From Haplodiscus bocki (taxonomy: Eukaryota), in contig OZ296653.1 of assembly GCA_965655095.1 (NCBI GenBank), positions 36,146,001 through 36,210,000 on the forward strand: a stretch of DNA of 64,000 nt, in the 5' to 3' direction. The position numbers were made by a program, and so were the translations under genes. Positions 25,080 to 38,241 of the stretch are shown here, one piece after another; within the stretch, counting starts at the first letter, position 1, and the number at the start of each line of letters is the position of its first letter. The notes under the pieces were generated by a model, which had not been told where the DNA came from, did no database searches, and worked only from the letters and a program-made list of their open reading frames with translations.

Positions 25080-25387
25080 GAATAGTTAAACGGTTTTGTC
25101 TTTTTGAAAACTGTTACCACCAAAGCTCAACAATTCTGCCATTGAATGCGACCAAATCGTAAGGAATCTCAAAACCTACAAAATCTGGGGAATTTCTTAA
25201 AACTGCTGCATTTCTTTCACATGAATTGATGGTTTTATGCTAAAATCAGAGAAACTTTCAATTTGAAATAGTTGTCGAAGAAATCATTTTTTCCTGCAAA
25301 CAACGCTTTCATCCTTTTAAAAATTATTTTTAACACGCCAGAAGTTGTGAATAATGCCAGTTAAGGCCGCGGTCGGCTGGTCTTTTT
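25080..25387 (+). mobile_element. Degraded HINE fragment
   Basis: Body similar to 6100-6400 (GAATGCGAC.AAA...GTAAG); GC-rich 3' end GGCCGCGGTCGGCTGGTCTTTT. Confidence 0.4.
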
Positions 25388-25395
25388 GTACTATC

Positions 25396-26666
25396 AGTCG
25401 AAATTACATCAGTGGAACTATCTTAAGTTTCTTAAAGCTGAAACTAAGAGGAGCTATACTCATGCAAAGGAGTCTCACAAACTGTGATTGTTGAAGCTGG
25501 AACAGACTGAATTGGTGTTCTATTTCTGATCAACTTTCTCCAGTCGTAGTAAAAGTGCAGTTATGCTTGATGCATTATAAAAAGAATTCAGAAGTATCAT
25601 AATTGCTCGATTACTGGAGTTACAAAACAAATTGAATTCAGCGTTCAAAAACCGGAGGTTTTTCATACGGTTGGGTTCCGTAACCAAGAACGAGATGCAA
25701 AAATTTCTAGTTTACTAGGAAAACTGCATTCGTGACCATCACTGGAGTTGAATCCTGTCGCTTTTGGTCCACGACTTTTAGTCGTGTAGCTTCTCCGATA
25801 ATTTCACCCAAACGATAAAACTTGCAACTCTTGAAGAGCCAATTCAATCGAGGTAAAGCAACTTTCAGTTACAGCAGATCAAATACGCCCTTCTCGTCTA
25901 TTTCTCTAAGCGGCCGGAACATATATTTTCCGAGTCTTGTACCATGATTTTTGGTGTATGCTTTCTGTCAAAAGAAAGCTTGTACTTCGTGATTTGGAAT
26001 GTATTTCATTCTCAAGTCCAATTATAGTTTTCTCTCTTTTGGGCACTGACTGGTGATTATCTTCTTTTTTACATATACTAAATTTATTGTTGAAGCTTTC
26101 TACCGTATGGGTCAAATTATATACACGCGGCTCCTCCAGCATCAGGCGAGTAGAAACAGACTTTTCCGTCAAGCGGTACCCATCATAATAAGTAAAACTT
26201 TCTGTTCCATATTTTTTTAGTCTGTGGTGTAGTTCTTGATTGACTCGGAGCTGTATCATTCAGAGCTGACCGTAATAACTAAAACACTGACAACAGTTTG
26301 AATTCTTCCTATTGACAAAAAGAAAAATTTATCCTGTTGATTATCGCGAGCCGCCTAACTACTATGATTCATTGGTTTCATATTAATAGAAACTATTTTA
26401 CATCTACCTCGATGCCTCGGTGGACTAATATTTATGACGCCTAGTTGACAGCTCATGATGGTGAGTTCGAGGCACAGCTAAACTATTGGTTTTCATTCAG
26501 AGTCGGATTGTGTAGAGAGAGAAATTGGATGTTCGGAGAATAAGTTTACTGTGATTAGGATTGACCTGTGAATAGCTATGTGAAGATTAGTATTGACTTG
26601 TGCTAAGCCATGTACAACTATGATTATGATAGGATTGACCTGTGCAAAACCGTGTAATATCGCACA
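25396..26666 (-). mobile_element. Solo LTR (family F) containing the start of an ORF
   Basis: Minus-strand start TGTGCGATA at 26666; end ...TTTCGAC(T, expected A) at 25396; 5-bp TSD CTATC at 25391-25395 and 26667-26671; ATG ORF 26259-25906 lies inside, same orientation. Confidence 0.6.
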
Positions 26667-26734
26667 CTATCCATTGCAGCTTACAAACTTTTCGAAAACT
26701 TGCATTTTAGGTTTTCTCGACCAGGCTGATCATA

Positions 26735-27162
26735 TAGTCTGGCCATAGTATGGCACCATACTAATCTTACAAAATTTGGGTCTTTTCCGTTTCTTCCCCC
26801 CCCCCAGCGGATTATTTCCCCCCCCCCCCCCCCAGTCGAAGCTGTAGCTGCTGCTACCAGTGTACATGTATTTATTCACTGAAAACGTCTTTCGCGAGTC
26901 AGTAGGCAGTGCACACAATTCACAAATCTCAAGTACCTTCCAAGAAGCTGACGGCTTGCTGAAGCTAGTTAAAGTAAACAAACAGGTATTTGCAATAACT
27001 TTATTAAGCAGAAACTTGAACAATACTGCTCAGCTGAGCATATCAGCTAGGGGGGAAATAATAATTTTGCCAGTAGGGCTGGGGGGGAAGAAACGGAAAA
27101 GACCCCAAAATTTAATATATGATCTTGATGAAAAAAATCTGGGACCATATATGGCAAGGCTA
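26735..27162. mobile_element. hAT-family MITE
   Basis: TIRs TAGTCTGGCCATA / (rc) TAGCCTTGCCATA, inverted subterminal block GGGTCTTTTCCGTTTCTTCCCCCCC, and 8-bp TSD TGATCATA (26727-26734) / TGATCAGA (27163-27170). Confidence 0.8.
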
Positions 27163-28187
27163 TGATCAGACGCATTGTAGAATTCTTTCCACAAGTTTGA
27201 GTTATTTCACTCTTATCATTCTCAGGCTTTGTGTCAGAATAAGGAAATCTCACTGAAAAAGATATATCCCTTCTTCCCCACAAGACTCAAGGTAATATCA
27301 CTGTACGATGTGGGCACATGCTATGTTTCCTATACAAATATGGGCTGTCATATAAATTTAGATCGAACATTTGTTGTTTCGCTAAACTCCGTTCTTTCAA
27401 CAAAAGTACAGAACAGAAGGACAACCCTTGTGGGCCTTGAACAACCACCACAGTATAGCTGTTCGAGTTGATAAGTGTACAAAGGAGAGACATTTATGCA
27501 CTACTATGGAGTTCTGCATACATGATGTTGTTTGTTTTCTTGATGTACAAGTGTACTTTGCTCGTGTTATGTAATATTGGTATATTGATTGGTACCGGTG
27601 CATAAAGACCTAGGAATATCAGAGGTATTTATTCGGTGAAGCTCCCTTCTTCAATTTCTCCAAAGAATTTCTCGCTCTCAACTCACGGAGGTATGTTGTC
27701 CTTACAATTTACAGTAATTATCAACGTCAGCTTCAAATATTATAAATTGATGAAAAGCTACCGAATGTGACCGAAAATGCTGGCGCATCTGAAAATAGTG
27801 AAAGATTAAAGTTTCCGATTTCTGGTAAATTTTGAATGTTTTTTTTTCAAATGAATTTTTTTTAACTAAATCGTTTACGTAGCTTCATACACGAAATATA
27901 GCGCTGCTTGCTTCTTTTTTGAAACATGGCGAAGGAGCAGAGAGACATTCCGTGTATCGATTTCATTTTGGAGAGATTGGTCTCCAGAAACGGTATGAGA
28001 TTTAGTTCCACCGAACAATGTTTTCCATTCTATAAAATGACATTTTCGATACTTTTCCCAATCAGTTTTTTCTTTCATTGCTTTTTATTGCCGATTAATT
28101 CAACAATTATTTGTGTATTTTTCGAAAAATAACAGACTCAGGTCGAACTGTTTGGTCAAACGTAAAAAAAATTACCATTTTTGCTTG

Positions 28188-29941
28188 TGTGATGTGTCTC
28201 TTCCTGCTCTGGATCATTTAGGTTAGTGGTGTGACAGGCAGAGAACACCACTTCGGGACAGGGATTGCCTTGGGAAAGATCCCCAGTGGGTTTCCAGTTT
28301 TCTGCAATGTTGTTCCTGGATGTTCCCGGAAGAACTACGGAACAAGTCTGAACTTATGGGTTCAGAAAAAATTCATCGAGTTTAGACAAGGCACCCAAAA
28401 TGCGCGACTCCGTCCGGCTAAATTCTTGGGAAAGTTTTTTAGTGATCCTCCCTTCAATTTCTTCACAAACCTGGTTGATGACCTCTTCAGCCATCCCGGA
28501 TTAAGTGTGTCTTGTGACTGATTGTTCCTTGTATTTTCTGGTGTTTTTCTCGAAACTGCCTCTAACTTTCTTTTTCCTCAGAGTTGCCATGATTCTGAAG
28601 GAAAAGCACTGTCAGTTCTGAAGATTGAATTTTTTTATTTGTAACAAAAAGGTCGATCTCCTCTATTATGAGGGAAAAGTTTCTTCAACAAACGCAAACA
28701 GTTAATGATGTCAAATTTAGTACAATGGCAAAAGGTTACAATTTATAAAACAATAATAGTACTTTCGTTTCTCCTTTTTATACCTTTTCCTTGGCGGGTA
28801 ACATAATTGTTTACACGCCAATTCAAGGTACAAATAGGGAAAAGTACTTCAATCATATTATCTATATAGGAAAAATGCCGACTCTGGCGGGGAAAAACAC
28901 CTCTCCGTCCATTTCTTTTTTCATAGATTGCGTCTTTTCCATCTTTCGACAGAAAAATGTACGGGTCTAATCCGTCAGAAATGGACATCAAAGTGGTTAT
29001 TCCCGCTTGGATACAATAAAATTTAACATAAACAAAAGATCAAAAAGATCTTCCATAGGAGGAAATCACTGAAAAAAGCATCAACCATAAGTAAATTAGA
29101 TAAAAATAAATAAATAAAAAGTACAGATAAAGTTCATGTTTAGATGTGTTTACATGTTGCATCGATTAAAACCACTGCTGGGAACAAAACCAAGTTTCTC
29201 CTAGTCCGTTCCTTATTTCTACTAGCCGGTTCCCCATTTTGGCCGAAGCGTTCCGGAACGACCACGTAACCGCTTGTAGTACTGCTCTCCGCAGTGCTAC
29301 TGAGTAGAATGAAATGGGTGGCTATGTAACCGTTCCATGTTTGTCCAAAATGACACAGCGTAGTAGCATAGCGGATTGGATTAAATTCTAGTGACGTCAC
29401 CAGATTGGTTGCGACGGAACACATACGGAACAAACATTCACTTTTCAAGTCACGCTCTGTATTATAGCTGTACTAAACACTGCAAACTCATTAACACTCT
29501 CGATCTTGATTTAAATTACTGCACAAGGCAATTTCGAAAGGTTGATTTATATATTATTTAACCAAATTAATTATAAAATAGCACCTATTAATGATATAAA
29601 TAAACAGTAGGGAAAGTAAATGAATATCCGTTTGTTCCGTAGTTGCTCCGTCTCAATCCGGATCAGTACACCATAATTCCACGTATAAGATACGTACCTT
29701 TACATGAAGTGAATAATATGGAACGATACGTAACCACTACGTATGGTTTACGTGAATTACATATATGTGCATGGGGTTGATACGTAACTACTACGTGTCA
29801 TTTATGTACAAATAATGAAAATAATGTAATACATATGTATGAAGTTTTCAGTCTTGAGTTTATAGTTTGTTGACGATGAGCCAGCCTGGTGTGTCGGTTC
29901 AGGGATCGACTGTCCACAAACCTCGCAAACGTGCTGCGACA
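28188..29941 (-). mobile_element. Solo LTR (family A, copy B) including the gag 5' end
   Basis: Minus strand TGTCGCAG...CATCACA; TSD GCTTG (28183-28187)/ACTTG (29942-29946); homologous to 38242-39806; ATGGCAACTCTGAGG at 28590 (MATLRKK..., frameshifted). Confidence 0.85.
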
Positions 29942-30252
29942 ACTTGACTGAATTAACTCTTTTTTCAGGCGTTGCAGCCGACCGAGTCTTTCTTTCCCAA
30001 AATTTTGACTTCCAATATTGCTATTGGTATGCGGTTACGCAAATGGAATCTGAAAAAAGCAAAATCAATGAAAATAATGAAAAAGCAGACATATTCATGA
30101 GACAAGTTTTTGAAACAGTTAATTTTCCTAGGCACGCGAAAAAACTAAATAGTTACACGAAATCATAACGCTAACTTTTTTCAGCCTAAAGTCTTGATTC
30201 AAGAAAAACTTTCAAATTTATCCTGATGTTTTAGGCCAAGATGTGCCAAGTA

Positions 30253-30607
30253 CCCCGGTTTGACGTCTCAGAGATGTTCAAGGCTGATCAGCTGTGATTC
30301 AGAACTGGCTAAGTTCTGATTTAACGCTGTTCATTACCTGAAAATATCTGAACAGCGCTGATTCAGCTCTGTGTAACGCTGAAAACAAAAATTTTCAGAC
30401 CCACAAATCAGCCCGATTCAGAGCTGATTTTCCCTGAAACAGCACTGAATTTTTCAGTTCTGAACAACTCTGATTCAGTGAAAATCAGAGCTGATCAGCT
30501 CTGAAACAGTGTTGATGTTTTTCATGTTCCCTGAATCAGCACTGAAAAACGTAAGTCTCTGAAACAGCGCTGTTCGGCACTGATAATCTCTGAGACTTTA
30601 ACCCGGG
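30253..30607. mobile_element. MITE with internal short repeats
   Basis: TIRs CCCCGGTTTGACGTCTCAGAGA / (rc) CCCGGGTTAAAGTCTCAGAGA; interior made of TCAG/CTGA-rich units (CAGCGCTG, TCAGAGCTGA); related fragment at ~63560-63670. Confidence 0.7.
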
Positions 30608-33600
30608 ATTGTCTAACTTTCAGATCTATCGAGTCTCGAGAAAATTTTGCGTTTCCCTTTCGTTTTCGAGAGACTCAAAGCTGGTACAGGAGCTAAAATC
30701 GTTGCCTTCGTTTAATTAGTCTGAAATGAGAAAAAAGTTTGGGTGAAAATAGAGGGTTTTTCCTCTTGCCGCAAAAACACCTTGCAAAAGGGCCGAGCTG
30801 GAAGGCCAAAGTTTCCTGCAGGACTCAAATATCTGTTCTTGGAAATTATTGAGTCTATTTATACAAAATATTGTTTGTGGCCTGTTTTTTGACAATATTT
30901 GGCACTTCCAAAAAAACATGAGGCGTGGCCTTCCTTACTTATGCCAGGGAATCATGTCCAAAAGCAGCCACATTGTACTGAGGAACTTCAGTTTTCAGCT
31001 TCCCAACAATGTTAAAGGATTTCTTTGCTCACAAAGACAGTCAGTTTTCTTTGAGGAAACAAGTCTCCAGCCTAAACGGAACCTTGGGTCGTACGCAAAT
31101 GGATCATCACCACTTGCATATGAAACGTTTCTTTTAAAAATGCAAGAATCAAAAAACAGATTCTCTCCGTTCGTATGTTGGACCGGATCAAGTTAGCGAT
31201 ACCCCAAAAGGCATAGGGTGGCGATATATAATTCGGTAACCAAAGAATCTGAGTTATATAATTGCGCCAATGGCACGAGCGAGCAAGCGAAGCGAAGTGT
31301 ATTAAGGACGTTTTCGTTTTTTCTCGTGCGTCTCCAACTCTTATTTTCTGTGAAATTCACAATCGCACAGAAATTGTTCATGCGTTCTCGTTTCGTTGCA
31401 AATCTTTAACCATGTTGTTTCATGGGTTGTCAAAATTTTCTTCTACTTGTGACCTATTGAACTACTGAGGTACAATTGAAACATTTCTTCAGGAGATTAT
31501 CTTATTAGGAAGTCGAAAAACGGAATTCTTGAAATGTCTATCGAGAAAAGTGATTTTTTTTGAAATCTAGTAGTAGATTGCGTTCATCTCGCAGCAATTA
31601 AAGTTCTCGCTACCAAAAGGTCTTGTGAAGTGGTAGGGAGTAACAGTTCAAAAATTTTCTGGTAGAAACTACTGATTTGGAATTGAAAACTCAAAGTTGT
31701 TTTAACTTTCGCCGTTTGTTAAAAGTGTTTTTCTGAAGAATAGACAATCGGATTAGGTCTACCCGGTGCTGCTTTAGTTACCAGCCTGTAAATACTAATG
31801 AGAAGCCGAGGTGGTCATTTTTTAACTTTTTTTTGCGCAATCTCTCCAATTCATCATAGTAAAATCGAAGATGTTTTTACTTCTACCGTTTGTTAGGTGT
31901 GTGATGACTACTTTTCGGATTGAGTCCCCCGGAATTGATTCAACAATTTAATCTCGGAAGCTTCTGAAATACAGCTCTGATGATTTACTTTCAAATTCAA
32001 AGTCGAATGTTTTTTTTTATTGTGTCGTCCAGTCAAAATTTTTTTGATGAATATTATCCGAATTGGGCAAATTAAGTCCTGATTGAACGGATTACTACCG
32101 GGAAATTCTGGCAAGAAGCGTGGATGGTCTTTCTCAACTCTTACTGAGATTTATCCTAACTGGTGTCTGAAAAATTAGAGAAGAATTTGTGTTGTTCGTG
32201 TTAACTTCGTAATGGGCACAGTGAGACAATTTTTATATTGGCCTTGGGTCAGAATTGTTTTTCTTGCACTTTACATCACTTTCGAACACATAGTTTTGTT
32301 CGATTTCTAACATTTTGGGGTTATTCAGATTTCTCAAGCTGGTCTCTTTATTAATTTTTCCATCGAATATCTTGAAGCGTATTTAAAAAACATACCGCAT
32401 TTTGCGTCATTTGTCCAAAACATTTTCTTGGAAAATGCTGCGTTATTCCTCAGAAGTGTTGTCGGTGTCTAATGATCAAACTGTCAATTCGTGCACGTTT
32501 ATCAAATAAAACATGTTATTTTCAATCATTAAAAGAGCAACTTCTGTTAAAATTTGATTGTACAGCAATTTGAGGTTGACCAAAATACTGCGTTTGTTTT
32601 GTTTTCGTTCAACCGTTACGTCACAGATGAGACGTTTTCATAACTGTCACCAGGGTTTCTTTTTCGTGTGGCCAGACTTTGCGAAGCATAGTTTCGAATC
32701 GGTGTTACACTTGCGATGAGCAAATGTCTTGGAATCAGGATAAGCCGCCTTTTTTCTCCGACCATACATAACAGCAACTTTCTGTGCAGTTCCAGCAGCT
32801 TTGCTACAGACCAGAGTTTGTAGCTGCCGCGCTCTCAATTTACATTGCAGTTATTGTGCACGGATGAACTAAAACTGAATTCAATTTTGTCTTTTTACTT
32901 TCAATTCATCCTCTACTCCAAACTGTTTGTGAATGCTAGTGATGATTTTTTATGCAAAAAACTCAACTTCTAATATAAAAATCGATTATAATTTCACTTG
33001 CTTTTTTCTCGACAACAATTTTTTGCTGTGAGTGGTAGTGGAAAAAGGTGTAGTCAGGGCTCAATTAACTACTAACAGCCTGAATATTCTACGGAGTAGC
33101 CTAAATGGTCTTTTTTGTTTTTTCATTGCTGAACTTTTTCACTGGTAATTGGAAAGTAAATAAATAGTTCACTTGCGTTGTTCGCTGAAATTGTTTTCTT
33201 AATAACGAAAGGTAGGCTTAAGTCTATCTTCAGTCTGATCGGGTATTCGCTACCTTGCCTTTGTGTTGAATAAGGGTTGCAGCCTTTTTTTCAATTGTTT
33301 CTCTAAAATTTTCAACATGCAATCGGAAAATTCAAACGTATTTTATTTTCGTTGTTGTTCAAAATTATTTTTTTCGCAAAGACTTCTTGTGGGAGTAGTT
33401 CCATACAGCGGTGGCTGACGTACCTGCGTTGCTTAATAAACATGTTTCCTTCAATGATTACGGTTGGAGTGGGCTCATCTAGCGCTCTTCTAACCATTTG
33501 TAAATTCTACACCATCCTATAGTTTCTGTAGAGTAGCTTGGAATACCTTTTGTTGAATTTTGTTGCTAAAAATGTTGACCTGAGGTTAAGAAAAATTAAT

Positions 33601-34355
33601 GGTGCTTTTACTTTTGTAGTTCGATTAAACTGTTTCTTTTACTAGGAGTCGAACTGGATCTATCTGGTTCTGCTTCAACCACTTCAGCTTATAATTTCTG
33701 TAGAGTAGCATAGAGGAATTTTGTCTAATGAGGTAATTGAGGAGATTACGTTGGAATCAGAGTTCGTTTTTTTTGTTTTTTGGGCTTTTTTCGCTGTCAT
33801 AATTGACTTCGCAAGTTTATGCGAAGCCCAACTTCGCCTCTGTGTAATTTTGGACAGGTGTAACTGGATTAAAATGGTATTGAAGGTTCATATAATTTCT
33901 TGATACTTTGGTCTTCGCTTGAGTCAAACAATGGAGTCACTATGAAGCAATCCCCATTTGTATGTTCTCCCTGGGTGTCAGTCCTAGTTTTTGAAGATGC
34001 TTTCAACCCGCCGAATATTATACAACAGATTGGAAAAAAACTAGAAATTGGCACAGCTTATAGTTATTTCAAAAATGAAGTCAAAGTCTGTTGTTCAAAA
34101 CTGCTTGGTGCCCAGAAATTCAAGACCGATCCTTTTCAAGGATAAGTTCGGATTCACATTGTGTGGAATTTTGTTTCGACCAAGAGATAGATAGTTTAAT
34201 AATTGCTTATGACACTCCCCCTAAGCAATGCACACACAAAGCACATGTTTCACCCGAAGTAAGGTATGTGAGAAAAGGTTTTTTGGAACAGCTTGGAAGA
34301 TTTCAAAATGAATTAGCTTCCAAAAACAATTATTCGTTTCGGTTTTCAGTCAGAC

Positions 34356-34415
34356 ATCTCCGCGGCTAATGAAAGCTCATATAACTCACAATACTTCCGC
34401 GGCTAATGAAAGCTA
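34356..34415. repeat. Short direct duplication
   Basis: TCCGCGGCTAATGAAAGCT twice. Confidence 0.7.
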
Positions 34416-36689
34416 GCTGGACTAACGGTTCTACCGAAAATTAAATTTAGTTTGAAAAGATTCCTCGAAGAATTTGTTTATTACTTTTTTGTTTTGAAAG
34501 ACAATAAAATTTTAAAATTGCTATGATCTTGACCTGGAAAACGTGTTCTTACATAAACCTTGTGAATGGAGAAAATGTTAGCGAGTTCAATCTCATGGTA
34601 GGTTGTCATAACATAAAAAGCTTGAATTAGAGTTCCATTGAAACAAAATTTCAAGCTAAAATAACTTTCGGCAGCATGCACTAGCTAGCTCAGTGGATGA
34701 AGTCTGACTAATAACCGGTTGCAATCGAAGTTAGAAACCTGTGCTTGCAAACAACATAGCCAATCAAGCAGTGCAGTGCAAAATCAAGATTGTATGGTAA
34801 AGAAAGAATATCCACTAATAAATGGACGCATGTGGAAGAGATGTAGGTACTTTTCACATAACAAATGCCAAGAGCTTGAGGATGTAAGATTACAACACGC
34901 TCAATTTGCAATGTGTAACGACTGCTTAAAGTTCGACAGCAGATTCGCACGTTGCTGTGGTTTTTGGGTCATAGTGTTTTCACCAAAAAAACTATTCTAG
35001 TTCCTGATGGACTGTCGTCTTCAATTGATTCGAAACAACTCCATTCCAAGCTTCGAAGGTTTCTATATTCAAATGCCTCTTTAAAATAGAAATATGTGGT
35101 GATAATAGTCCTAAATATGACTAAAATGTGTTTCCAGGAACCGACTATGATGTAAGGTCTCGAATTATACAACACCTTCTTCCTAGTGTTATTCAAAGTA
35201 TTGCTAAACAAGAGCCACAGTCGCATTGCCATATTTTCCATCAAAGGTGAGTAGAAATGATTGATCGAATATATAATAAGTTGTTTTCGATCAAGACCTT
35301 GTCGGAAGAATTCAAGTTTCCATTTTCTAAATTGATTCTTTAATTTGTAATTTTCTACTCAAAAAGTTTATGACAAACTCTTATTACACTTGTGCAAGCA
35401 GTGTTATATCGCAGGAGAGCCACAGAAAATTAAGAGTTTGATAATCGACGGAACAACAAATACAGTTGCATTTTTCGGCATCTCATGGCCTATGATGAAA
35501 AATTTTTTGATTGTGCGGAAATCGAAAATTTTCAATTTGAAGACCCTTCTACAGATAAAAAGCCATCATTTAATACCGAGATGGAGGAAATGAAGCTAAC
35601 AGTTATGGAGAAATGAGAATTTGAAGAAAGGGATATGTCAAAATTGTTATCACTTTTACGGCCTTTTTGGATTATCAGCATTACGACGCACCGATCAAGA
35701 TCCACCAATTTTTTGATAACTAGTTCTCCTCAAGCCGAGAAGTGATGCTTGAGCTTTTGATGGAAAAAATCGCGCTCGCAGCTGTGGAGAAAATATTTTG
35801 TTCGAAAATCTAGGTAACTTTATCGATGACTTTCTTGGAATTTTGGGCCGATCACGAAGGGAAGCCAAGAAAAAACGTGTGCAGTAAGAGCTTAGTGCTA
35901 AACTAAGGTCAAGAAATTTCCAAAATAGAAGGTTCTCGTGACATCACTTCTTCGAAGAAAACTCGGTGTTTCACGGATTTTGCCAAAAAACTGAGTTTTC
36001 AAAAAGTTTTCGAAATAAATTGATTTGAACGTTTTATCGAGAAAACCAATCGAAGAAAATTTCTGACTGCAACAAAAACCTAGTGAGTGATACATTGGAG
36101 ATCTTTGTTACTGCAACGCCATATCGCCCTCATTTGGCTATTGATCCCATAATTGGAAGTTTATTTCGTTCAAAAAATTTTGAAAAATCTTCTGACCCAA
36201 TAATAAGTGAAGAGATGGAGCCTCACAAATACATTACGTAATGAACCTATTAGTTTTTAGACATAGCTGCTTAAATTTAGACAAAAAGTCCACAAAAACA
36301 AAATTTGCCCAATTTACACGGTCTGTCGCCAAAAAACCTATCAAAAAAACATGCTGGCTTGAAGCAAAAGTTGATAGAAAAACAAACTTCTTGCATAAAA
36401 CTTTCTATTGCATAGAATTGTTTGGCGTCGGAATCCAATGACATAACGTTTGACAAAAATCGTGTCGGATTTGAAAAAATTGGCTTAATTTTTGATTTTT
36501 TTGAAGAAAAACGTCGAAAATGTCGGACTACAGCTAAACCTCAATTTGTGATAGAACAGAATGTGTTCGTTACGCTTGTGTAATATTTAGGCAATTTGGA
36601 GCCCCACTTCCGCAAACAGACAATGTACTCTTCGACAACTTTTGAAAATGGCCAAATTGCGCTCGGTTTCTGATTGTTTTTTGCAAGAA

Positions 36690-37050
36690 TACTAACGAAA
36701 AATTATCGGACTGCAACTAAAAGTATCGGACTTTGGAAGATACTTTTAGTGCATGATTGTCAAAAATGCATTTCACTTAACCAGAGGAATTTTTGGGAGA
36801 AGTTTATATATTGAGAAAAATTTCATATTCAGTTTTTATGGACATTGAGCAAAATTTTTTGAGCAGGGTTGTCAAAACTGCTTTCTGCGTGTCCAGTGGA
36901 ACATTTTATTTTCGATTTTCGTTGGGAAACAATTATCAATTCCTATTTTCTTTTGGATTTGAGCGAAAACTTTTGGAACTTTGAGAAAAAAAGTACAGCA
37001 GGTGTGTCAAAACTACATTCTGCATGTCCAGAGAACATTTTTGATTTTGA
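36690..37050. repeat. Diverged tandem repeat (~100-120-bp units)
   Basis: TGTCAAAA.TGC.TT...GT.CAG.GGAAC.TTT recurs at ~36758, ~36870 and ~37005. Confidence 0.55.
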
Positions 37051-38241
37051 AAAAAATGTGATCTTGTCCAATCCGAATTGACAAAATGGGCAGAAAAAGA
37101 AGTAAACTTACTGAGAGATTGATGCTCCTTTTGTAAAAGATCACAACTGAAAATAACAAGCTTTACAATGCATTATCTATCTAGCAAACATTGAATCGGT
37201 GGCAACTGTCAAATTGAAGTAATAAACCCATAATAAAAGATGGAGAGAAAGCGGCCAAGATATAAATTAACAAATGGTGATCAAAATCAACAAGTTACCT
37301 CAAGGTATCTCAAACTGAAAGATTACGTATGACTTTTGAGGAATCGTCGAAACATGCGTATATGTGGCTGCGTAAGCAATAAAGATATCACATTGGGTCA
37401 ACTATTATAAAGCCATAAAGAAACATGTGGCATCAATACAAGCATTTTAGATGCTTGTCGAAGTAATTGATTTGCGTGATTCTATCGTGAACAATGGTCC
37501 GAGATGGGTGAAACGCACCGGAAGTGGAAACCACGCCATGAAACACGACATTCGGAAAAAAACCCTGAAACTCCTACCTCCTTCCAAACAGAAGCTTCAA
37601 ATGACAATCTAAATAGACCAATAAACACTACATAACCTGTCAAGCACATGTGATTATAGTTACAATGAAACTCAATTGGGAAAACTGTTTACGAATTAAA
37701 AGAACTTGTTACAATTACATCAGCTGTTGGGCTCAAACAGTATTGTAAAAACATGAACTATTCGATCACAAACAAGTTCTGGCTGGTCAAAAAGCTGTTA
37801 CGGGTTTCGCCTTGCAAGGGAGGTGTTGATAGATGCGGTAAAAGTCGGCGAAATCGATCAGAGGAAAGTTTCATATTTTGATCGGTAGTTTTGATCAATC
37901 AAACTAAGAAGATGGGAAAAGCGCCGAAGATTTTGTTTTCTCCATTTGGCTTAAAGTTTGCTGGGCTGGTAGTCCTCCTATAATGATTATTGTAGACCTA
38001 AAATTTGAGTCGATGACTTTTTGATGAATTTCAAGATTGCTGTCTCAAAAATTGGATTGGGTTAAATGTGCAATTGGGTTCAGGGTCAAAATATTACTGT
38101 TTGGCAGGAATTTCAAAGATGTTACAAGGGTCCTGAAAAAGGGTTTTCAGAATCCAGGTATTGTAAAATTCGGAACTGTAAAGAAAATCTGAAAATCTAA
38201 AACTTTTTCAAACTTTTGTGCTTTCTGATTTTGTACAACAC

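Noticed and set aside
26730-27165. Opposing ORFs both containing GGKKRKRP (NLS-like)
   Set aside because: They are translations of the MITE inverted repeats.
30253-30607. CRISPR-like regular repeats
   Set aside because: Units are irregular, with no unique spacers or cas genes; bounded by TIRs, so a MITE.
30700-38200. Numerous 60-115 aa ORFs as host exons
   Set aside because: Mostly non-ATG starts, K/F/N-rich AT-biased composition, no consistent splice pattern or domain.
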